Source: an uncultured Planctomycetaceae bacterium
GTDB lineage: Bacteria > Planctomycetota > Planctomycetia > Pirellulales > PALSA-1355
Assembly (NCBI GenBank): GCA_963785305.1
Contig: CAWAUV010000007.1
Span: forward strand, 960,270 to 1,024,269
DNA length: 64,000 bases
Reading direction: 5' to 3'
Each line of letters begins with the position of its first letter. Within the stretch, counting starts at the first letter, position 1. Below are positions 31,796 to 40,842 of this stretch, in pieces. Both the position numbers and the translations under genes were made by a program. The notes beneath the pieces are model-generated. The model was given only the letters and a program-made list of their open reading frames with translations, made no database searches and was not told the origin of the DNA.

Positions 31796-32452
31796 GTGTG
31801 CGCCGACCAGATTCCGGACGACGAAATACTCTATCGACGGATTCCGCCCGGTCGGCCTTGGATCGACGCCGCCGACGTTACGACCGCCAATTTCAAACTA
31901 AATCGAAAGAGCGGTGAGGAAGGAATCTCCGTATATCGAAAAGCGATAATCTCGGCCGATCATGTTTTGGCCCTGCCAGGCGCTTTGGTCGGCAGCCTCT
32001 TGGTTGAAGCCACCGCCGGTGAAATTCGAGTACTTCGCGATGGCGTCGGGACTGATCTCCATTTAGCAATCATCGCCACCGAGCACGATAACAATCCCGG
32101 CCACGCCGAGATTCGAGGACCTGAGTCGAAAAAAATGGCATCCGCCGCCTCCAAAGCACTGAGAGACTTGTTCCGCCGCGCGCGGCTTTGTCTGGGCGGC
32201 CCGCTCGCCGGCGAGTGGCATGCCGCCGGCGCCGAGTTCGAATACGATGGACGGCTCATCGGCGAGGAATCCGGCTGGTATCATGTCGAAGGCGATGTCT
32301 ACCGCTGGTCTCCCGCCGGCGCCCCCAGAACCCAAGGCGGCGTCATGAATTCCGCCACACCCAAGCCGGCGCCGTGCTGCTCAGTTCCGGCGAGCGCCGC
32401 GAAATCGTCGACGAGGCCCGCCGTCTGGCGACGCTCGCGGCCGAATATTTGA
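31796..32452 (+). CDS. hypothetical protein. The N-terminal domain carries DEILYRRIPPG...ISVYR...NPGHAEIRG, and the 3' end overlaps the nadK start region.
   Basis: 218-aa ORF. The first roughly 115 codons are low GC and the tail is high GC (GEWHAAGAEFEYDGRLIGEESGWYHVEGDVYRW). The end point is uncertain. Confidence 0.45.
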   Translation: MCADQIPDDEILYRRIPPGRPWIDAADVTTANFKLNRKSGEEGISVYRKAIISADHVLALPGALVGSLLVEATAGEIRVLRDGVGTDLHLAIIATEHDNNPGHAEIRGPESKKMASAASKALRDLFRRARLCLGGPLAGEWHAAGAEFEYDGRLIGEESGWYHVEGDVYRWSPAGAPRTQGGVMNSATPKPAPCCSVPASAAKSSTRPAVWRRSRPNI

Positions 32453-33213
32453 ACATCGAGCTCGTCGATCTCGACAGCGCCGGCAGCCTGGAAAACGTGG
32501 AATTCGAGCTGGCGATCGTCGTCGGCGGCGATGGCTCGATTCTGCGAGCCTCGCATCTCATGGGCCGGCGCCAGCGCCCGGTGGTGGGCGTGAATCTGGG
32601 ACGGTTGGGGTTTTTGGCCGATCTTTCGCCCGCCGATTTTCTCGCCCATCTGCCGGCGATCGCCACACTCGAGCTGCCGGTGGTCGAGCATCTGATGCTC
32701 GATTGCCGCCTGATGCGCGGCGAGACAATCTGGCGCCAGCAGTTGGGGCTCAACGAAGTCGCCATCTTTGCCGGGCCACCGTTCGCCGTGCTCGAGATCG
32801 ATCTTTACGTTGACGCGGAATTGGCCACTACCTATAGTTGCGACGGTTTGATCGTCAGCACTCCGGTCGGATCGACGGCCCACAACCTTTCGGCCGGCGG
32901 TCCGATCTTGCGCAAGAACCTGCAGGCCGTCGTCATCTCGCCGATCAGTCCCCACACACTGACCAATCGGCCGGTGGTGGACACGGCCGATCGGGTTTAC
33001 GAGTTGCGCGTCCGCCGCCCGCATCCCGGCACGACGCTGGTGTGCGATGGCAAGACGATGTCGCTCGTCGAGATCGGCGATCGGGTGCTGGTCCGCCGGG
33101 CCGATGTGGCTTTCGGCTTGGTCAAGTCGCCGGACCACAGCTATTATCGCACGCTGCGCGACAAACTGGGCTGGGGCGGCCAACTCCGCTTCAACGGCGA
33201 GTCGCCGCGGTAA
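32374..33213 (+). CDS. nadK: NAD(+) kinase
   Basis: VVGGDGSILRA (GGDG motif), GVNLGRLGFLA, NEVAI, DGLIVSTPVGSTAHNLSAGGPI. The start is taken at GTG 32374, with an alternative ATG at 32345 in another frame. Confidence 0.85.
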   Translation: MLLSSGERREIVDEARRLATLAAEYLNIELVDLDSAGSLENVEFELAIVVGGDGSILRASHLMGRRQRPVVGVNLGRLGFLADLSPADFLAHLPAIATLELPVVEHLMLDCRLMRGETIWRQQLGLNEVAIFAGPPFAVLEIDLYVDAELATTYSCDGLIVSTPVGSTAHNLSAGGPILRKNLQAVVISPISPHTLTNRPVVDTADRVYELRVRRPHPGTTLVCDGKTMSLVEIGDRVLVRRADVAFGLVKSPDHSYYRTLRDKLGWGGQLRFNGESPR

Positions 33214-33277
33214 ACGCGAAAAAGCGCGGCCGAAGATCAAAACAGGCACTTGCGCCACCTCGAAAGGATGCGAGCAG

Positions 33278-34309
33278 ATGGTGACACGATCGAGCGTCGC
33301 GGTTCTTCTTGTCTTTGCCTTGGCCGTCGGCACGCTCGCGATGCGCTCCGCGATCGCGGTCGACGCTCCAGCGCTCTCGGCGCCCCGATCGACCGCCGCT
33401 CAATCGCCCGCCGCCCAAGCCGCCGCGGCGCGCGCCGCGGCCCTGTCGCGACTTTCGACCGCCGACCAAGCCATCAAAGAGGCCGCCGCCGATGGCAAGT
33501 CCGACTCGGCGCGCTACGAACTGAAATACAAATTCCGCCTAGGCGAGGTCCTGCGCAGCGAAGTGGTGCATCGGGCCACGATCGAAAACACGATCAAAGA
33601 CACGAGCCAGACCGCCGAGATGCGAACCAAAAGCGTCAAGGCGTGGAAAGTCACGGAAGCGACCCCCGACCATATCACGTTTGTCCATGCCGTCGAAAGC
33701 GTCGATATGTGGCAGCGCACCCAGGGCCATGCCGAAGTGACTTACAACAGTCAGACCGACGCCAAGGCGCCGCCGGGCTATGAGGCCGTGGCCGCCGCCG
33801 TGGGAGTGCCGCTGACCGTGATCACGATGGACCACGGCGGGGCCGTGCTTAAGCGCGAGGAGAAGCATCCGCAGCCCGACATGCAGAGTCCGCCGATCAC
33901 GATTCCCTTGCCCAAGGGTCCCGTCCCGCTGGGCCATGTGTGGACCGCGCCTCTCGAAGTCGATGTGCTCGTCACCGGCGGCCAGACCCGCAAGATTCAC
34001 ACCCAGCAGCATTTCACGCTCGAGAAAGTGATCGCTGATGTGGCCACGATTCAAATCGAAACCCAGGTGCTCACTCCGATCAACGACGCGACGATCGAAG
34101 CCCAACTCGTGCAGCGGCTCACGGCCGGCGAGCTGAAATTCGATATCGCCAACGGGCGCGTCGTGGGTCAGCAACTCGATCTCGATCGCCGCGTGATCGG
34201 CTGCGCCGGGGCGGGCAGCAGCATGCACTACCTAATGCGCCTGACAGAAAAACCGTTGCCGGCCGCCGACGCCAATACCGCCAAGCGCCCCGCGACCAAG
34301 CAGCGCTGA
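33278..34309 (+). CDS. secreted hypothetical protein
   Basis: Signal peptide MVTRSSVAVLLVFALAVGTLAMRSAIA, then a clean 343-aa ORF. No family recognised. Confidence 0.6.
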   Translation: MVTRSSVAVLLVFALAVGTLAMRSAIAVDAPALSAPRSTAAQSPAAQAAAARAAALSRLSTADQAIKEAAADGKSDSARYELKYKFRLGEVLRSEVVHRATIENTIKDTSQTAEMRTKSVKAWKVTEATPDHITFVHAVESVDMWQRTQGHAEVTYNSQTDAKAPPGYEAVAAAVGVPLTVITMDHGGAVLKREEKHPQPDMQSPPITIPLPKGPVPLGHVWTAPLEVDVLVTGGQTRKIHTQQHFTLEKVIADVATIQIETQVLTPINDATIEAQLVQRLTAGELKFDIANGRVVGQQLDLDRRVIGCAGAGSSMHYLMRLTEKPLPAADANTAKRPATKQR

Positions 34310-34348
34310 ATTGTCGCGCCAAGCGCGTTGTCCGACGCGCTAGACCCC

Positions 34349-35565
34349 TCACGGCAACCGCCGCGCGATGATCGCCATCACCTGCCGGCCAAGTCGCGCC
34401 AGGAGCAGGGTCGCCCGCCCCTCGCCGCGCGTGGCCAACTGCCGGGCAATGCCTGCCGGGTCGAGGTCCGTGCCACGCTGCTTCACCTCGAGCCGCCCGA
34501 TGCCGCGTTCGGCAAGTAGCGATTTCACGCGCCGCGCGTGGAAGGGCGCCGCGGCTTCAACGGCGAAACAAGCCAGCGCCAAATCGCTCACCGGGCTCGG
34601 GCCCGTGAGATACGCCCCGCCCGGCACGAGCGATTCCAGGCCATGTTCCCGCGCGAGCGCCCCGCCCAGATCGGCGGCGAGCACGGCGGCGTCGGGCTCG
34701 AAAACAAAGGGACCGATCGCGTCGGCGACATCCGCGGGCGACTCCCCCGCGCCGACAAGCGAACGCATCCGTGTTTCTCCACCCGCGGCGCGAATCACCG
34801 TGGCTCGGCGCTCGCCTGGCGACTTGGCGAGCGCGCAAACCAGGCAACCAGTTGCCGGCATTCGCCGCCGCGGCTGATCCATTCGAGCTCGGCCCGCGTG
34901 GCCCAATCCGCGGGCGCTCGGGCCGCCGGCGCCAGCTTGACCGCTCCCTGCGGATTCGCCGCGAGCAGCGATTCGATCATTGCCGGGCCGGGCTCGCCCA
35001 GCTCCGCTTGCGAGGTGCGCGCTCCGCGCGTCCGCCGGTCGGGATCGATATGCCAAAAGTCGGCCGCGCGAACACAATCCGGCGACACGTTCGCGGCCGA
35101 CACGCGCGAGCCGGTGATCGCTGAAGACGATAGGGCGCCCGGCGTCGCGGCGAGCGCGAGATTCGCCTCGGCCAAGGCAACCATTTCCGGATCGCGATCG
35201 ATGCCCAAGGCCCGCCCACGCGCGGCAATCGCCATCAGATCCCCGCCAATCCCGCAGCAAAAGTCCACGATTCGGGCGTCCGGCGGAAAGCGTTCGGCCT
35301 TGTGGGCGGCGACCAGGGCATCGGTGGCTTGCTCGAGCGCGCGGGCGGTGAAGAACATGCGCTCCGCGAGCGGAAACTTGGCCGTGGCCCGGCGCCGCAG
35401 CGCGGCTTGCTCGGCGACTAGCGCCGCGCGCTCCGGCGAGAGCGTTTTGCGCAGCCGGGCGACGAGCGCCACCGAGCCCAGCGGGCCGAGCGCGGCGTCG
35501 GCCAGCGGGGCGCCGGCCGCGGGGCTCGTGAGCCAACGGTAGTCTTCGATCATGGGCGATGTCAT
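34349..35565 (-). CDS. class I SAM-dependent methyltransferase with a THUMP-like C-terminal domain; one frame switch
   Basis: SAM motif I IVDFCCGIGGDLMAIA in ORF 34795..35565. The C-terminal part (...GPFVFEPDAAVLAADL...YLTGPSP...RRVKSLLAERGIGRLEVKQRG) is in ORF 34349..35695. The join is near 34840. Confidence 0.65.
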
Positions 35566-35718
35566 GGGCGAGGACCGAAAAACACGGGGCGCTCCACGCG
35601 CGAAATGCGAGGCAAGAAAGCTCCACGGCGCACGCCGACCCCTTGCGTCGGCATGCGCCGGACCGATGATAAACGGATTGGCCCCGCGTTTCCATTCATC
35701 CGGATTTCACAATCGGCG

Positions 35719-36234
35719 ATGTCAACCGCGGATCGAATGTTGGGAATGTATCTGCATCTGGCGCGGGCCAGCACACTACGACGTCAGCCGATGGTGCGCG
35801 ACCGAATGTTGATCCTGGCGGCGGTCACGGCCGATGAGATGGGCCTCGCCCAAATCGCGGCGGCTTGCCGGCAGCGCGTGCTCGATCACAACGCCTACCA
35901 TATGCTGCGCGATTGGGAAACGATCGCCGAGGCCCGCCAAGATACTCGCTTTCAAACCTACCTGCGAGGGCTCCGGCGCCGCTGCCCGCCGGAGAAAGCC
36001 GAACATATGCTTGTCACGCTCGGCGTGGAATGGGTCAACGAACGGGCCGCTTATTACTCCGACGAAGAATATGCCGCCGCGCTCTTGGCCGGCACTCCGG
36101 CCAATGCTCCGGCCGAACTGGCCGCCGGCGGCAACGCCGCGCGCCCCTGGGCGCCTAGCCGCGAGCGGTGGCTGTGGCTGGCGGTGGCGCTGGTTGGGGT
36201 GGTCGCGGCCGTGGTCGCGTGGCGTTTTCGGTGA
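35719..36234 (+). CDS. hypothetical protein with a C-terminal transmembrane helix
   Basis: ORF from ATG 35719 ending in WLWLAVALVGVVAAVVAWRF. No family recognised. Confidence 0.45.
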   Translation: MSTADRMLGMYLHLARASTLRRQPMVRDRMLILAAVTADEMGLAQIAAACRQRVLDHNAYHMLRDWETIAEARQDTRFQTYLRGLRRRCPPEKAEHMLVTLGVEWVNERAAYYSDEEYAAALLAGTPANAPAELAAGGNAARPWAPSRERWLWLAVALVGVVAAVVAWRFR

Positions 36235-36466
36235 CGCCCCCGGCCCTGGCAGCCTGCCGCGCCGCCGATCGATTCGATCCGCTTTAGCGGCCAAAGCGCC
36301 CAGGGCGTTTAATCGACGCTCACGGTTTGTTCCGCGCCGCCCGGCGCGGGCTGATGCCCGCGCCCCGGCGCGCCGATGCAAAGCGACACGGCCCGGATCG
36401 GCCGTCTCGGCGAGAGTTTCGTGTTCGTCGTCGACGAGTTTTCGCCAAGCATCGGGGCCGCCAGCC

Positions 36467-37159
36467 ATGATTACTCGCCCGCTCTTTTTGTCCACCATGC
36501 TCGGCGCCGCGGTGGCGCTGCCGTATGTGATGAGCACTGAATTCCGCGGCAAGCATCCGGCCGTGGAAGCCAGCGCCGGTTCCGAATCGCTGGGCGCTCG
36601 CCCGTCGGGCGCGTCGCGGACCCGGGAGCCGCTCGCCTCGCTGGCGCCCCCGCCTGTCGGCGCGAACCCGGAGCCGACGTCAGCCGCCAATTCGCGCTTG
36701 GTCGAATCACCCGGCGGCGTGGCGCCGAGCCACGATCCGAGCATGGCTCTCGATCAAGTGATTAATTTCAATGTCACGCCGGCCTGGGTCATGGGCCACT
36801 GGCCGCGGGTATCGGCGAGCTTGGCCGAGCTCGATTATCAAGGGTATCGCGTGCCCTTGGTGAGCGGCGCCGCGCTCGACGACTTGGCCGGCTCGCTCTC
36901 GTATTACTTCGATCGCAGCCAACATGTGGCGAAGATCAATTTCCAGGGCGCCACCGGCGACCCGCGCCGCTTGGTGCGGCTTGTGACCCAGAAGTTCGGC
37001 ATGCGGCAGTGCGCGAGCGACGAGCCCGGCACGGTGATGTACGCGGTGAAGTGGAATAACCAAATTCACAGCGAGCTGCGCATTCGCACCGCGAGCGTCG
37101 TTCGCGCGAGCGATGCCCGAGCAAACTTCGAAGTCGACCTCAAGCTGACACGCTTCTGA
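36467..37159 (+). CDS. hypothetical secreted/membrane-anchored protein
   Basis: MITRPLFLSTMLGAAVALPYV N-terminus and a well-composed C-terminal domain (VINFNVTPAWVMGHWPRVSASLAELDYQGYRVPLVSG...). Confidence 0.55.
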   Translation: MITRPLFLSTMLGAAVALPYVMSTEFRGKHPAVEASAGSESLGARPSGASRTREPLASLAPPPVGANPEPTSAANSRLVESPGGVAPSHDPSMALDQVINFNVTPAWVMGHWPRVSASLAELDYQGYRVPLVSGAALDDLAGSLSYYFDRSQHVAKINFQGATGDPRRLVRLVTQKFGMRQCASDEPGTVMYAVKWNNQIHSELRIRTASVVRASDARANFEVDLKLTRF

Positions 37160-37293
37160 GCGGACGGATTCAAGCAAGAAGTCGGGTGTTCCGGCTCGAT
37201 GATTTTCCCTCTTAAGGTTCGATTTCCCAAGGCCACGTTCACATGGTCGCCAACGTGGAATGGACGATCTCCGGGCGTGGTGCTCATGGCCAT
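37066..37293 (-). CDS. small ORF immediately downstream of the HEPN-like gene (doubtful)
   Basis: ATG 37293 lies 5 nt after the upstream TAA and is preceded by GGAGAT. The N-terminus MAMSTTPGDRPFHVGDHVNVALGNRTLRGKIIE is protein-like. The distal part overlaps the convergent gene 36467..37159 and looks like run-on. Confidence 0.25.
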   Translation of the reverse strand: MAMSTTPGDRPFHVGDHVNVALGNRTLRGKIIEPEHPTSCLNPSAQKRVSLRSTSKFARASLARTTLAVRMRSSL

Positions 37294-37297
37294 CTCC

Positions 37298-37875
37298 TTA
37301 CCAGGGCGATACGTTCATTACGGAAAGCAAATACGCGCGCATCACGTCGTCGAAGCTGACGGCAAGGAGATCGCAAACTCGTCGCCACTCTTTCACTCGT
37401 GAGAGTCTCAATTTCGTGGAACCGCCGAGCGACCCGCGGTCGAAATCTTGGTGCGCGATCGCGTTTCTTCAATTGTTGAGTTGTTCGAGCTGGCCGAGCC
37501 GTATTTCGTTCCGCTGATCTCGACTCTTGATTTCGTCCCAGAACGCAACACCGAACCGAGCAAAATCCGATCCGATGTTCGATGGCGACGGATTTCCGGC
37601 GTCTAGTTTCCGGCCGAGGACCATGAGGTTGCGGACGGTGGTTCTCATAAGCGAATTGGGTACTCCCCGCGCAAATAGTCCGCGCATTCCGAATGGAGAT
37701 CCCGGCAAAACCCTTGGAACTGCGAGGAAAGCAACTTCGTGTAGGCGCAATTGATTTGCTGGGTCGCAAATCGTCTCCCGCGGTCTTGGCCCCCAACGCT
37801 CCGATGCGCGGCTACTATTTCATCAAGCGTGTCGCTCCGCGTGGTTCTCCAAAGATCAAGCGACTTCGAAGGCAT
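37298..37875 (-). pseudogene. HEPN-like (Rx4H) nuclease gene, inactivated by one frame switch and one in-frame TGA
   Basis: The reconstructed product reads ...QQINCAYTKLLSSQFQGFCRDLHSECADYL | VPNSLMRTTVRNLMVLGRKLDAGNP...LGQLEQLNN*RNAIAHQDFDRG...VKEWRRVCDLL.... The frame switch is at the C4 run 37665-37668. The stop at 37469-37471 sits just before the RNAIAH motif. Confidence 0.6.
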
Positions 37876-38042
37876 GAGGCAATTCGGCCTTGCGATTAGC
37901 GAAGAAACGAAGATGTTCCGGCGCCGTGTTGTTGTAAATCAATAGCTCGACCCTGAAAGCGCGCATAGCTCGGAGGACCGTACTCCCTCAAAATTCTATG
38001 CATGGCTGCGCGGCCTTACAACACTTCGCGATCCGGCTCGTC

Positions 38043-39180
38043 TTATTGCAGCGACGCCTCCGGCTTTTTCGGCTGAGCATCGAGCGCCGCTTCCAGCTTT
38101 TTGATGCGCGCTTCGAGGGTGTCCACCCGTTCGCGCAAAGCGTCGATCTGCGCCTGGCGTTCGCTCGCGCCCGGGGGGATGTACATGCCCGGGCCCGGCG
38201 GAATCTCTTGCGGCAGGCCGATCTCCGAGGGCATGTCGCCGTTCGGGTTCAGCGATGTGTGCGGAATCATCGCCGCGTTGGGATCGGCCGGCGGGCCGCC
38301 GCCGGTGATGGTCATCTGGCGGTGCAATTCACCGTTTTGATCGATAAACCCCACCTCCACTTGCTGGTTCGGGCCCGACGGCGCGCACCAAGCCGGCCAA
38401 GGTCGGCGGGCCATCGACCGGTTGTCCATTGAACGAGGTGATGAGCATTCCCGGCCGCACGCCGATCCTGTCGGCCGCCGAACCGCTCACGACCGAGGTG
38501 ACAAGCGCGCCAAAGGTCGACGCGGAAATCTTGAACAGTCCGCGACGCTCGCCATCGAGCGTCACGGTGCGCACTCCGAGCAGCGGCCCGCCGGCCGTGG
38601 CGCCGCCCGGCGCGAGGGGTGGCGCGGCAATGCCGCCGCCAGCGGGCGACGCCGGGTCCGAAGGCGCGGGCAACTCGGCCTGACGCCCAAACCGCGGCGA
38701 GCGGGCATCGGACGCGGGGCGAACTCCGAGCGTCACGCTCATTTGCAGCGGCACGCCCGCGCGTTCGACCTGAAAGTCGACCTTGCGACCGGCGCCGAGC
38801 GGCTCGAGCGTTTGAGCCATGTCGTCGAGCGAGCGCACCATCTTGCCATTGATCGCCACGATCAGGTCGCTCGCGGCGAGGCCAGCCTTCTCGGCCGGAC
38901 CGCCCTTGAGCACTTCCAATATCCGTAGACCGCGGCCTTGGGTTTTTTGTTCGCTGGCAAACAGGCCCAGATAACCGGGAGGTTCGGCCGGTGTTTCGGG
39001 TAAACCCAGGGGATCGAGTTTGGGGCTGGCGCCGCTTGCGGCTCCGGCTTGGCGACGCACATCTTGTTCGACCTGCTGGAGCACTTGGGCCTGGGCCCAC
39101 CGCGGACCGACGATCGCGTGGTAAAGCCCCAGGGTCGCGAGGGCAACGGCGGCCGACCGGGTATGGGAAAGACGTGTCAT
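38043..39180 (-). CDS. secreted two-PDZ-domain protein with a C-terminal coiled coil; one frame switch
   Basis: GYLGLFASEQ...GLRILEVLKGGPAEKAGLAASDLIVAINGKMV and GALVTSVVSGSAADRIGVRPGMLITSFNGQPV are PDZ-like. The join between ORFs 38329..39180 and 38043..38429 is near 38368. Confidence 0.7.
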
Positions 39181-39389
39181 CGCGCGAGACCTCCTGGTTC
39201 AAGGGTTCAACCAGCGAATGGGCGGCTTTTGAAATCACGGATTGCAGGGCGGGCCGAAGCGACAGGCAATACTCGCCCCCGGTTGAGCCCAACCGGCGCC
39301 GCGATCCGATACTTTATTATAGGTCGCGCCGCTCGAATCACACGCGCAAGATGTGACGGTTGCAACAAATTTCCGGTATCTTGGCGGTC

Positions 39390-40357
39390 ATGGAAACCAA
39401 TGCTTCGGCGACGATCGTGCGGATCGTGGCGCCCGGCGAGCCGATGCTCGACGCGGCCACGCGGCTGGCCCTGCGGAATCGGCCCGAGGAAGATCGCCGG
39501 GCCGGCCAGCAGCGGCTCCTTGCGGCGCTCCGCGCGCCGGCGGCGAATCGCCAGGGCCGGAGCTCTTTGTCGCCCGCGAGGGCGGCTGGCTTTTGGGCGC
39601 GGCGTGGGTCGAATGGCAATTGGGCGGGGCGGTCGTCTGCTCTTCGCCCCAGGTGGTCGACGATCGGCAGTCGACCGTGGCCGTGGCGCTGCTCCGGGCC
39701 GTGGCCGACGATGCCCGCTCGCGCGGGGCGGCGCTGCTGGAAGCGCTGCTCGAAGCGGCGGCCGAGGGCGAGATCGCGCGGTTTGTCGCCGCGGGCTTCG
39801 AACATGCCTGCGATTTGCTGTATTTGGTGTCGCTCGCCCGCGTGTTTCCCATGGGCGTCGAATCGCCGGCGCGGGAACTCGAATTCTTGACCGCGGGTCG
39901 AAGATGACGCCCGGCTGGCGACGATCGTCGAACGCACCTATCAAGGCACGCTCGATTGCCCGCGATTGAACCATGTGCGCCCGGCCGAGGAGGTACTGCG
40001 CGGCTATCAGACGATCGGCGGCTTTTCCGCGAGCGATGGTGGATCGTGCGTCACTCCCAGCGCGACATCGGCTGCCTGCTTTTGGCCGACCATCCGGAGT
40101 CGAACCAGTGGGAGCTGGTCTATATGGGGCTCGTGCCCGAGGCGCGTGGCCGCGGCTGGGGCGCCAAGATCGCTCGCCATGCCCAGTGGGAGGCGCAGCG
40201 CGCGGGGCGGGAGCGACTGGTGCTGGCGGTCGACGCGGCCAACCGACCGGCGGTGGCGATGTACCAACAAGCGGGGCTGTTTGCTTGGGATCGCCGGGTG
40301 GTGCTGCTGCGGGTCTTGACAGGTGGCCCCGCGGCCCAATCACCCGAGCGCGGGTAG
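39390..40357 (+). CDS. tandem GNAT-family N-acetyltransferase; three frame switches in under 1 kb (possibly a true pseudogene)
   Basis: The second-domain core is ELVYMGLVPEARGRGWGAKIARHAQWEAQRAGRERLVLAVDAANRPAVAMYQQAGL. The first-domain core is VAVALLRAVADDARSRGAALLEALL..IARFVAAGFE. Joins fall near 39550, 39890 and 40030. Confidence 0.6.
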
Positions 40358-40842
40358 GTCGCCCGCGCGGGCGAAGAATTCTTTCCCGCGAGGCGTGTCA
40401 AGAGAGCCGACGAGAAACGTCGCGCACGAATTTCCAAGTCGTTGTTCCATAAGACGTTGAAGCAGGGGGCACGGCCCTCCGCAACGGAGTTCTCATTCAA
40501 ACCAAACAGATTTTCCACGACGGCGCCCGCTGGCCGGGGGCACCCGAATCGTAAGAAAACTTGCATTCCGCTCGCGTTTTTTGGCTACCCGGCGGCGAGG
40601 AAAAGTGGCGAGTGAAAAACCGGCGTGGGTCGGGCTCACGGCGATTTGACACCCCTGCTAGCACTCGTAGAATCGTCTTCTTCGTGGTGGCAACCAATCA
40701 TTCCCTGACGGCGTCGGCCGTCGAAGCTTACGCGTTCATTCTGGCCGCGCGTCGCCTTGCTCGGGGCGATGAAAAACATACATCTGGCGCTCCGCATGGT
40801 GTATATTCGTGGCTCGGGCTGCGCGCCGAGGTCGGTCAGCTC

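Noticed and set aside
37469-37471. TGA read as Trp (genetic code 4), which would explain the in-frame TGAs here and at 2600-2602
   Set aside because: TGA terminates many well-defined genes in this window, including ATGA/GTGA stop-start overlaps at rimB/rimK, ruvC/ruvA, DUF433/DUF5615 and 31295. TGG is used for Trp throughout. A TGG to TGA mutation or a sequencing error is the simpler explanation.
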